Positions 19,394 through 28,444 of a stretch of 63,703 bases of DNA are shown piece after piece (positions within the stretch are counted from its first letter, which is position 1; each line of letters starts with the position of its first letter). The notes beneath the pieces are model-generated. The model saw only the letters and a program-made list of their open reading frames with translations, was not told the DNA's origin and ran no database searches. Origin of the DNA: Promethearchaeota archaeon. Lineage in GTDB: Archaea; Asgardarchaeota; Lokiarchaeia; Sigyniarchaeales; SOKP01. The stretch is from positions 1 through 63,703 of the forward strand of contig RDOE01000008.1 in assembly GCA_011364975.1 (NCBI GenBank). Reading direction: 5' to 3'. Made by a program: the position numbers and the translations under genes.

Positions 19394-20062
19394 TTATTCT
19401 CCATCTAATTCATCTGGTTCAACACTTACGTAGCTCAAAAGATAGTCAATCTGGTTAGATTTTTTATTGATGTTTAGAATTGTTTTGAGGGGTATCACAT
19501 CTCCTCCTCCAGGCATTAAAGTTATGGATCCTGCTCGAAGTACGAAAAATTCAAAGACATCTGGTATTTCCTTCTTAATTCTTAAACTTTTTGTTGGAAT
19601 TCTTTCTGCTGATGAAAAGATTCCAGACTTATGATAAATTTCGTTTCTTTCTATCTTCCAGTAATCAAATCTCGACCCTATAAATACCAAACCAAGGATA
19701 AAAACTAAAACTAAAGTAATTATTAAATAGAATTCTGCTGTAAGCCCAACATTGAAATCTACTAAAGGTGTTGGTATAGCGGGTAAATTTGGTATCCATA
19801 AAAAGAACACTAGTAGAAGGACCACAACAACTACCATTATAAGTACGAAAAATTTTGCACTACTGAAGTCAAAAGCCATTATAAATAAGTTCACGAAAAG
19901 AACAATCAACCAGAGATTTCCCATCCACGCAACTGGGGTAGGATAAATCAATTGAAGAAGCCATAGTACGAAAGACACAACCATAAGCGGCCAAAGGAAG
20001 ATTACTTTAGGATAAGATCTGAGATAAACTTCTGTTGTTGCTTTAATCTTTTTTTCTGACAT
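19394..20062 (-). CDS. hypothetical membrane protein (4 TM plus possible PH-like C-terminal domain)
   Basis: Four hydrophobic helices, then YWKIERNEIYHKSGIF...GSITL. Confidence 0.65.
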   Translation of the reverse strand: MSEKKIKATTEVYLRSYPKVIFLWPLMVVSFVLWLLQLIYPTPVAWMGNLWLIVLFVNLFIMAFDFSSAKFFVLIMVVVVVLLLVFFLWIPNLPAIPTPLVDFNVGLTAEFYLIITLVLVFILGLVFIGSRFDYWKIERNEIYHKSGIFSSAERIPTKSLRIKKEIPDVFEFFVLRAGSITLMPGGGDVIPLKTILNINKKSNQIDYLLSYVSVEPDELDGE

Positions 20063-20211
20063 AATTTCTACTCATTCCTATTTGTTTTTAATTTCTTTTT
20101 TTAATAGATGAATTAAATATATATATAAAATTGCAATTTAAAAAACCTTCTTATCATTAAAATAATATGATCAGTAGAATTTCTAAAAAAAGTTAAACTG
20201 AGCATTAATAT

Positions 20212-20964
20212 TTACAAAAAACGACCAATCGATTGAACCATTCTAAAAGAATTTTGAACTTCTAAGTTCCCTTGGCTACTTATATCCATATGACCTGGTA
20301 AGAGATACTTTACATCAAGCGTGGAGATAAATTTAATTGATTCAGTAAGTTGTTTTAGAGATCCTCCAGGAAAATCAAATCTACCAAAACTACCTCCCGT
20401 AAATACTAAATCACCGGGTATTAAAATTTTTTTATTTGGTTCATAAAAACAAATTGACCCTAGAGAATGACCTGGTGTGAAATATATTTTAAAAATAAAT
20501 TCTGATCCTAACTCAAAATTCCCTTTATCATTTAAATCTATTACATGTAATGGGACAATCGATATTCCAAACATTTTAGGACTTATACCAAGGTTTCCCG
20601 GAAATATTTTTGATTCTTTTCCTTCATTAAGTATTTTTGCTGTTTCAGTAAATGCATAAATTTTGGGGGGATTATTTTTTAACATTTCCATCAAAGGATA
20701 TAAACCAAGGACATGATCCACATGCTCATGTGTTAGAAAAATTTTAGTTATGTTCTCAAAGTTTAAATCAAATTTTTTCATTCCCTCGATCAAACCTTTT
20801 AAAGATATTCCGTTTCCGCCATCAAATAATGCAAGCTCTCTGGTAACATCATCAACTATCACATATTGATTACAATCTAATGATAAATATTCTCCAAAAT
20901 AAAACACATTCTTAATTACCTCTCTCCCAATCTTAGCTGAATAATTTTCTCTTGAACTAAACAT
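20212..20964 (-). CDS. metallo-beta-lactamase fold hydrolase
   Basis: THEHVDH, TPGHS, GD, PGH. Confidence 0.92.
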   Translation of the reverse strand: MFSSRENYSAKIGREVIKNVFYFGEYLSLDCNQYVIVDDVTRELALFDGGNGISLKGLIEGMKKFDLNFENITKIFLTHEHVDHVLGLYPLMEMLKNNPPKIYAFTETAKILNEGKESKIFPGNLGISPKMFGISIVPLHVIDLNDKGNFELGSEFIFKIYFTPGHSLGSICFYEPNKKILIPGDLVFTGGSFGRFDFPGGSLKQLTESIKFISTLDVKYLLPGHMDISSQGNLEVQNSFRMVQSIGRFL

Positions 20965-21071
20965 GTTATCGAACAGTAAATATTTAAAAAAGTAAAAGCA
21001 ACTTTTCTTTAATGCTTTACTATTAATCGATTTTAGTAAATAATTAAATTAAAGTATATTAAATTAAACAT

Positions 21072-21482
21072 ATGGATACTAAATCAAAAACGAATCCAGA
21101 CATTGAGCATTTGAAGAAAAACATAAGTTTTGGAGTTAAAATATGGCTAGAATTCAATAATCATGAGTCTAAAAATATCTTAGGTTCTGGATGGGCGAAA
21201 TTACTTGAACAAATTCATGTTAAAAATCAAAAGTCTAGAACATCTTTAACTCAAGCTGCTAAAGAATGTGGTTACTCATATAAATATGCTTGGAATATCT
21301 TAAAAAGAATTGAAGATCGAACTGGTTTTGGAGTTGTAGACACTGGTAAGGGGGGTCCAGGAGGCGGAGGGTGGGTTAAATTAAATGAATGGGGGATTTA
21401 TTTATTAACTACATATAAAATATTACTTAAAGAAATGGAATCAATTGAAAAAAAGCTTCAGAAAACTCTAAATGTTAATTAG
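21072..21482 (+). CDS. ModE-family N-terminal winged-helix regulator
   Basis: SLTQAAKECGYSYKYAW, GGPGGGG..L motif. Confidence 0.85.
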   Translation: MDTKSKTNPDIEHLKKNISFGVKIWLEFNNHESKNILGSGWAKLLEQIHVKNQKSRTSLTQAAKECGYSYKYAWNILKRIEDRTGFGVVDTGKGGPGGGGWVKLNEWGIYLLTTYKILLKEMESIEKKLQKTLNVN

Positions 21483-21794
21483 AACTTAAGATAAGTTATT
21501 AATTAAAAAATTATACGGGGTTACATGGATGTAAAATTTTCAAAATCTTAGGATGTGTAATATTTAAATATAAATTAAATTGATTGGAAAAATTCTTTAA
21601 TTAAGGAAAAACAATTAATGTTTATATTATACCAACACTTAAATTAAGAAATTTACATTTTAGAAATTGTATATTTAAAATAATTATCTCAGAATTTAAT
21701 AAGTTCCAATAAAAATAAGTAAAAATATCTTTGGTCTTAAGTAAAAAATAATAGTTATATTCACTTTACAAAAAACCTTATTAAGTGAAAAAAT

Positions 21795-23321
21795 ATGGCA
21801 ATACCACTTCCCGGGACACCAATTATAATTGATATAGGTAGCGCTTATTGTAAGGTGGGTTTTGCGGGGGAACCTGGACCTCGTTTTGTTTTCCCAACCA
21901 TTACAGGAACGGAAAAATACAAATCTGTTATGGTAGATGTAAGTGCTCGAAATATATATGTCGGTAACGATGCTTCAAAGATGCGTGGTGTTTTAAAAAT
22001 TAAGCATCCTATAGATCGTGGAGCGATAACAGATTGGAATAATTACTACGAAATTCTAAATTATTGTTTATATTCACTATTGAGAATCCCAGATGTTTCT
22101 CAGTATCCCGTATTATATACCGAAGCTCCATTTGTTCAAAGAGAAACTAAAGAATATATAGCTCGTGTTTTTTATGAAACCCACAGAGTAAAGAGTTTAA
22201 TAATGATCCCTACACCAATTCTTTCAATATTTAGTGTTGGATTAACTACTGGAATTGTAATAGAAAGTGGGGATGGAATTACATGGATTTGTCCCGTAAT
22301 TAATGGGCAAATAGTTGATCAAGCAGTTCAAAAACTGACCCTAGCAGGTACGGATGTAAATCAGTATTTAAAGAATCTCTTAATGAGGGAAGGTATTAAT
22401 ATTGAATCTAGTGCCGTAGATGAGATAATCAAGGAAATTAAGGAAAGAAATTGTTATTTTGTGTTAGATCCTGATGAACCTCCTAAATTAAAGGACTCAT
22501 TAAGTTTTGATATGCCTGATGGTTCTAATATCAATGTTCCGAGTTATTTATTTCATGAAGCACCTGAAGTGTTATTTCAACCTAATCTATTGGGCTATAA
22601 TATTTTAAACGTCCCTCAAGCTGTAATAAATTGCTTGCAAGCAATTGATAAGTATTACTGGAGTGATTTATTATCACATATTGTGATTTCGGGAGGTAAT
22701 TTATGCTACTCAGGATTTCAAGAACGTTTAAATATTGAACTAGCTAATTTACTTCCTCAAATAGGTAAAATTCCCAAACCCAAACAAGAGATTTCACATG
22801 AGAATCAAAAATTAAAAATGCAATCAATCGCAGTGTCTAAAAAACAAAACGATACATGCCCCCATTGTGGAGTTTTAGTAGATTTAAGTGATGGAAAGGA
22901 ATTTTGTCCCTCCTGTAATGGGCGAATTATTCTCCCTACTCTTACCATCACAGGTATTAATAATATTATAGACTCTAAGACTTTAAATGGAAAGATAAAA
23001 TGCTCTAATTGTAATAAAACTATTGAAGATAAAACTTCCACATTCTGTCCTTACTGTGGTAAATCGATTGAAAGTCCTCAACCTTCTGAACTTTCGAAGG
23101 AACTAACTAAGCAAGTAGCCCCTGCCAAAGAATTCTCAGGATTCTATAAATCTTCAGAGGAAGTTCTCAATTTCTATGTTCCCGAGAATATTCAATTTGC
23201 TATTTTTAATGGTGCATCTATATTAGGGAGTTTACCGTCATTTCAAAGCTTATTTGTTACTTTTCAAGAATTTCAAACGAATAAAGATTTGCTTTACAAG
23301 GATATAAGCGAAATTTTCTAA
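21795..23321 (+). CDS. actin-family (actin-related) protein with zinc-ribbon insertion
   Basis: IIIDIGSAYCKVGFAGE, HPIDRG, VLYTEAP, ESGDG, LAGTD, MPDG, APEVLFQP, ISGG, GASILGSL. Confidence 0.93.
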   Translation: MAIPLPGTPIIIDIGSAYCKVGFAGEPGPRFVFPTITGTEKYKSVMVDVSARNIYVGNDASKMRGVLKIKHPIDRGAITDWNNYYEILNYCLYSLLRIPDVSQYPVLYTEAPFVQRETKEYIARVFYETHRVKSLIMIPTPILSIFSVGLTTGIVIESGDGITWICPVINGQIVDQAVQKLTLAGTDVNQYLKNLLMREGINIESSAVDEIIKEIKERNCYFVLDPDEPPKLKDSLSFDMPDGSNINVPSYLFHEAPEVLFQPNLLGYNILNVPQAVINCLQAIDKYYWSDLLSHIVISGGNLCYSGFQERLNIELANLLPQIGKIPKPKQEISHENQKLKMQSIAVSKKQNDTCPHCGVLVDLSDGKEFCPSCNGRIILPTLTITGINNIIDSKTLNGKIKCSNCNKTIEDKTSTFCPYCGKSIESPQPSELSKELTKQVAPAKEFSGFYKSSEEVLNFYVPENIQFAIFNGASILGSLPSFQSLFVTFQEFQTNKDLLYKDISEIF

Positions 23322-23472
23322 ATAATAAACAAAAGTAAGAACATCCCAACTCTTTTTTAATTTGTGTTCTTTAATAATTTGACGTAATCTGTGAATTATC
23401 GTTAATTTTTAATGTCAAGTTAAATTTAAAAAATTAAAATTTAGCTAAAACCAGATTGAGGTTTATTTTTAA

Positions 23473-24576
23473 TTGAAAAATAATATAAGAAAATTGGCAT
23501 TTGCTTCCTTAGTGGTTCTTGTTTGTTTTACTATTATTCCAGCAGCTTTTGCTAAAACAAGGCAGAGTCATATAATTGATTTTATTTACGCAAACCAAGA
23601 TAATTATGAAAATTTTGGAACCACACCTCAAGATACTGCTTATGCATTAGAAATTATTGATTATTATAATTCCTACTCCGTCCAAGATTTTCTCGGTGTA
23701 AAATACCGAGTAGATAAAACCTCATTAAAGGAAAATCTTACAGGACAAATTGCAGAAATGTTCAATAACGAACTAATAAATATTTATAATTTATATTATC
23801 TCTTGAAATCTTTGAATATACTAGAACCTTTAGACCAATCTCTACAATTAAACCTTCACAATAGGATATATCGTTATATAAATGAAACCATTCAAGAAGA
23901 AGGAGGTTTTAGCCCAACTAATACTAGTAAATCTGCAAATATGATATCTACCTATTTCATCTATAATATTTATTCTTTAATTAACGAACCAGTCTTAAAT
24001 AAAACTCAACATATAAATTGGATTTTATCATGTAATAATGTTGATGGTGGATATGGAGGAAATCAGACGTTATCTTCAACTTTATTAACTACTATGTGCG
24101 CGGTCTCGTTAATTAAATCCTTTGATGCTACTTTAATTAATCAAATAATAACGTTAGATTATCTAAATTCACATTTTGTAGCTGATCCAAGTAACCTTGA
24201 AAATTATGGGGGCTATTTACCAGACTTAATTGCAGAAAGAGCTTTACTCTCCTCTACTTACCAATGTATCGAAACAATTAAATTAATAGATGCTAATTAC
24301 ACTAATAGTGCAAAATCTAGTATATGGATTTTAGGATTACAAAATTTCCAAGATGGGGGATTTGCTGAAAATCTGGGATTATATGAACAAAAAAAATCAT
24401 CAATCACAGCGACATATTATGCGTTTAAAGTTTTATATTCCTTTAATTCTCTAAACTTATTAAATGAAGATATTTTTATGGTAGAATTTAATTTGATTAT
24501 TCTAATTGTTGTTTTATTCAGTATTGTGGGTGTTATAGCATTAATATATTTTATTTGGAGAAAAAGAAGAATTTAA
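23473..24576 (+). CDS. secreted, C-terminally anchored prenyltransferase/squalene-cyclase repeat protein
   Basis: Signal peptide, repeated (Q/N)xDGG(F/Y) motifs, C-terminal TM followed by RKRR. Confidence 0.8.
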   Translation: MKNNIRKLAFASLVVLVCFTIIPAAFAKTRQSHIIDFIYANQDNYENFGTTPQDTAYALEIIDYYNSYSVQDFLGVKYRVDKTSLKENLTGQIAEMFNNELINIYNLYYLLKSLNILEPLDQSLQLNLHNRIYRYINETIQEEGGFSPTNTSKSANMISTYFIYNIYSLINEPVLNKTQHINWILSCNNVDGGYGGNQTLSSTLLTTMCAVSLIKSFDATLINQIITLDYLNSHFVADPSNLENYGGYLPDLIAERALLSSTYQCIETIKLIDANYTNSAKSSIWILGLQNFQDGGFAENLGLYEQKKSSITATYYAFKVLYSFNSLNLLNEDIFMVEFNLIILIVVLFSIVGVIALIYFIWRKRRI

Positions 24577-24677
24577 ACTCCAAATCTACTTTTAATAATT
24601 ATCTAATAATCGCTCTTTAATATTTTAAATATTTTTAATAGAATTATATACTACTCATTTTATTTTAAATTAAAACA

Positions 24678-25553
24678 ATGAATATAGATAAACTTTTAAA
24701 TGGTAAAAAACTCGCAGAAAGTCTCAATACAACCCTAAAACAAGAAATATATGAATTAGTTAAAAAAACGGGTATCAAACCCAAACTTGCTGCTATAATT
24801 GTAGGAGACGACCCGGCATCAGAAATTTACATAAGAAATAAACATAGAGTGTGTAATGAAATTGGCATTGGTTTTGAATCTTTCAGGCTACCAAAAAACA
24901 CATCAAAAGAAGATGTAATAAGAGTTATCGAAAAACTTAATGAAGATAATTCAATACATGGGTTTCTAATCCAAATGCCTATTCCACCTCATTTAAAGAG
25001 CTTCATTTCTGAATTTGTTGAACTGATTGATCCGAAAAAAGATGTGGATGGATTTCACCCCCTTAATAAAGGATATCTTTTTGACTATCGAGAAGAATTA
25101 ATACCTTGTACTCCACAAGGAATAATTGCTTTACTAGAACATTATAAAATAGAAATTGAAAGAAAGAATGTTGTTATAATCAATCGTTCAAATTTAGTTG
25201 GAAAACCTCTAGTGTTTATGTTATTAAAACGAAATGCAACAATTACGGTTTGTCACTCCTTTACTAAAAACTTATTTGAACATACAAGAAGAGCAGATAT
25301 ATTAATTGTAGCTGTAGGACAAGCTAACTTTATTAATGAGGAAAAAATAAAAGAAGGTGCAATCATCATAGATGTAGGAATAAATAGAGTTGATGGAAAG
25401 TTGTGTGGAGATGTGAATTTTGATAGCGTAATTAATAAGTGTGGTGCAATTACTCCTTCTCCTGGAGGAGTAGGGCCTTTAACTGTAGCTTTTTTATTAA
25501 AAAATACTATTAAAGCTTATAAGAAAATATTAAAGTCATCAAATTTAATTTAA
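24678..25553 (+). CDS. folD: methylenetetrahydrofolate dehydrogenase/cyclohydrolase
   Basis: VGDDPAS..Y...K, KDVDGFHP, PCTPQG, RSNLVGKP, DVGINR, PGGVGPLT. Confidence 0.96.
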   Translation: MNIDKLLNGKKLAESLNTTLKQEIYELVKKTGIKPKLAAIIVGDDPASEIYIRNKHRVCNEIGIGFESFRLPKNTSKEDVIRVIEKLNEDNSIHGFLIQMPIPPHLKSFISEFVELIDPKKDVDGFHPLNKGYLFDYREELIPCTPQGIIALLEHYKIEIERKNVVIINRSNLVGKPLVFMLLKRNATITVCHSFTKNLFEHTRRADILIVAVGQANFINEEKIKEGAIIIDVGINRVDGKLCGDVNFDSVINKCGAITPSPGGVGPLTVAFLLKNTIKAYKKILKSSNLI

Positions 25554-25659
25554 ATAAGAAGTATACGTAAATAGAAAAAGTATTAATATCGAATATAACA
25601 AATTAATTTATAAATAACTTAAACTCTACGGATTTATTAATCCATAACAAGAAGGACTT

Positions 25660-26115
25660 ATGGCAATTCTAGAAATTGGAATTAATTTAGGGACTAGGAA
25701 TTTATTAAATAGGAAATATTATGATTCGAACACAGGAGTTGGGTTAGATCCACAACTAAGGGCTGGTTTTCTTTCAGCGCTTGAAAGTTTTACATCAGAA
25801 GTATTTGGTGATGATATTAATGTGGTTTCATTAGCTTCTTTTAAATTAGTATGTTATTGTGAATTGATTTCACTCCCTTCTGATGAAGAAGATAAGCAAC
25901 CATTACTATCTTATGCTATTATTGAAAAAGAAACAGAGACTGATATTGTAAAAAAACATTTATATAAAATTAATTCTCATTTTCTAAATCGCTATTCACT
26001 TAATGATATTTTTTCTAAAAAAGAGAAGTTTTTTAGAAATTTTGAAACTAGGATAGATGAAATTCTAGGAGATTTAAAGTTAAAAACTGAAGATCGCTTT
26101 AGATCCATATTTTAA
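25660..26115 (+). CDS. longin-like domain protein
   Basis: DPQLRAGFLSALESFTSEVFG motif typical of Asgard longin-type proteins. Confidence 0.65.
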   Translation: MAILEIGINLGTRNLLNRKYYDSNTGVGLDPQLRAGFLSALESFTSEVFGDDINVVSLASFKLVCYCELISLPSDEEDKQPLLSYAIIEKETETDIVKKHLYKINSHFLNRYSLNDIFSKKEKFFRNFETRIDEILGDLKLKTEDRFRSIF

Positions 26116-26138
26116 TTTTTTTATGGGGTAGAATTTAA

Positions 26139-27341
26139 GTGAGCTCCAATATTGGACCAGAAGCTCAAGCGGCTTATCAAAAGTATTTAGATGCTACAAC
26201 TTTAGAGGAAAAGATAAAGAAATTAGAAGAATTCTTATCTGTAGTTCCTAAACATAAGGCGACTGAGAAAATTGTAGCATTAAATAGATCAAGATTAGCT
26301 AGATTAAAAAGAGAACAAGAAGATAAAAAAATTCGAGCAAAAACTACTGCTAAGCTTGTTAGTCCTTTCTCGATAAAAAAAGAAGGAATTCAGTTAATTT
26401 TAATAAGTGATTATCATTCGCCTGGAGTTGGTAAAACATCACTTTTAAATCTACTAACAGGAGCGGCGAAAGAAAAAATTGGGCGTTTTACCCCTATTCC
26501 GGAAATTGGAATTTATGAGTATAAAAAAATTCGATTTCAGATTGTTGATATGCCTTCTATAATGGATGGTGCTTCTGCTGGTATAGGCAATGGAAAAGAA
26601 ATAATTTCTCAATTGCGTGCTTGTGATTTAATTTGTTTTTGCATCGATTTGTCACGAGATTTTCAGTCGCAGATGGCATTATTATTAAAAGAACTAAGTC
26701 AATCGAATGTAAGGATAAATATACCCCCCCCTCCTATTACGATAGAAAAAACCGGATCAAATAAAATTCAAGTATTTTATTTAACAAATGAAGCAAAAAA
26801 AAATATTGATTTAGAACCTTTATCTGATAAAATACGAGAAATTATTCATGAAGGGGGTATTAGAAATGCGATTGTAAAGGTTTTTGGTGAAATTAATCTG
26901 AATCAAGTGGTCGATGCTATGAATCCATCTGTAGTATATAAAAAAGTGATAATATTTGGTACTAAAGGTGATTTAGCACTCACAAAAGATTCATTTAAAA
27001 ATTTGAAAAAGGAATTCAATATTAAATTTCCTCTAATCATCGGAACAAGCGTTCTAAAGGGAGAATTTCCGGAAAATTTTGGAGACATTATTTTAAAATT
27101 CCTAAATAAAATTAAAATCTATACTATGCATCAAGGTATAAAAGCTGAAAAACCGCTTATACTAGATGATGATCCAAATCTTCCCACTGTTAAGGATGTA
27201 GCATTAAAAATCCATAGAAGCTTTTATGATACCTTTGATTATGCTACTATTATTCGAGAGGGAAGTCGTCAAAAAAGGAAGAAAGTTGGTTTGGATTATG
27301 AAATGAAGGATAATGATATTATTGAATTGCATACAAAATAA
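26139..27341 (+). CDS. DRG/OBG-family GTPase with TGS domain (atypical G motifs)
   Basis: PKHKATE, PGVGKTSLLNLLT, FT, FQIVDMP, IKIYT, TVKDVALKIH, KVGLDYEMKDNDII. Confidence 0.88.
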   Translation: MSSNIGPEAQAAYQKYLDATTLEEKIKKLEEFLSVVPKHKATEKIVALNRSRLARLKREQEDKKIRAKTTAKLVSPFSIKKEGIQLILISDYHSPGVGKTSLLNLLTGAAKEKIGRFTPIPEIGIYEYKKIRFQIVDMPSIMDGASAGIGNGKEIISQLRACDLICFCIDLSRDFQSQMALLLKELSQSNVRINIPPPPITIEKTGSNKIQVFYLTNEAKKNIDLEPLSDKIREIIHEGGIRNAIVKVFGEINLNQVVDAMNPSVVYKKVIIFGTKGDLALTKDSFKNLKKEFNIKFPLIIGTSVLKGEFPENFGDIILKFLNKIKIYTMHQGIKAEKPLILDDDPNLPTVKDVALKIHRSFYDTFDYATIIREGSRQKRKKVGLDYEMKDNDIIELHTK

Positions 27342-27370
27342 GCTAATATGTTGATTATTAAATTATAACT

Positions 27371-28321
27371 TTAAGAGGAAAAGTAATCATCAACATTTGG
27401 ACTCATTTTCAGTATAGTTTCAATAACTTCAGCAAGTTCATGTTCAGATAATGAATCCTTTTCTATCAATTTATTTGCTAACTTTTTGTATATCTCTGCT
27501 CCATTTCCTTTTAATAATTTTAGCTTACTTCCAAATGAATAAAGATTTAGATATGTATTTTTAAAATCTCCCATTTGTGTCGGTTTATCTCCTATATTTT
27601 CTAGCGCTTCATTTAATGTACTCCTAATCCTTTCTAAATAATAATTTAATTTAAATTTTGTATCATCTATCTCTTTCTTTAATTTACTTAACTCTTCTTG
27701 AAATCGGATATAAGTATCTTCATCTCTTAGTTGGTCTGAAAGTTTAATTACTTCTTCTGCTATATTCACTTTTTTAGGGAGAATTGGTGTATTTTCCATT
27801 TTATAAATAAGCATATCTCTTTCCTGTATCACAGCATTGCGCTCTTCTTCTGTTAAATGCTTACTTTTTGCCCAAATAGATTTTAAGGCTAGTTTAGGCT
27901 CTATTAAAGAACTTTTACGAAAATCTTTTATATTTTCGACTAATAAAGTAGCAAGTGGTTTATCCAATATCTCAAACGCGTTTCTATCACCATCCCAAGA
28001 AAGGAATAATTCTTCATATTTTTGAAGGAGTTTAATCAACTTTGGAATCAATTTATTTACTGATTTTAAATCCTCCTTATCTGTTATTATTACCAGATCC
28101 ACTTTTAGAAGTGGTATTCCAGTAATTAATACAGAATAATCACCTAATTCTATATTCTTTAATTCTTTAGAACCTTCTAAAATTAGTTCAGAAACAAATG
28201 ATTTCATCGCTGAAAGAAATGAACTAAACATTTCAGCTTTTTGAGTATCCTCTTCTTGAAAACTCTTATCATAGATTAATAATCCAGTGTGACTTTGGTA
28301 AAGAAAGATTGTATATATCAT
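27371..28321 (-). CDS. longin-like N-terminal domain plus helical C-terminal region
   Basis: TGLLIYDKSF...MFSSFLSAMKSFVSEL...LKNIELGD. Confidence 0.65.
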   Translation of the reverse strand: MIYTIFLYQSHTGLLIYDKSFQEEDTQKAEMFSSFLSAMKSFVSELILEGSKELKNIELGDYSVLITGIPLLKVDLVIITDKEDLKSVNKLIPKLIKLLQKYEELFLSWDGDRNAFEILDKPLATLLVENIKDFRKSSLIEPKLALKSIWAKSKHLTEEERNAVIQERDMLIYKMENTPILPKKVNIAEEVIKLSDQLRDEDTYIRFQEELSKLKKEIDDTKFKLNYYLERIRSTLNEALENIGDKPTQMGDFKNTYLNLYSFGSKLKLLKGNGAEIYKKLANKLIEKDSLSEHELAEVIETILKMSPNVDDYFSS

Positions 28322-28444
28322 AACTATATTATTTCCATTATATTCTCAAGAGAATTTTGGGATGATCCTTGCTATTTAATGATCTTTTTCAATATCTTTA
28401 ATGTTTTCTTAATGAATTATATATATTAAAATTGCAGTTTATAA

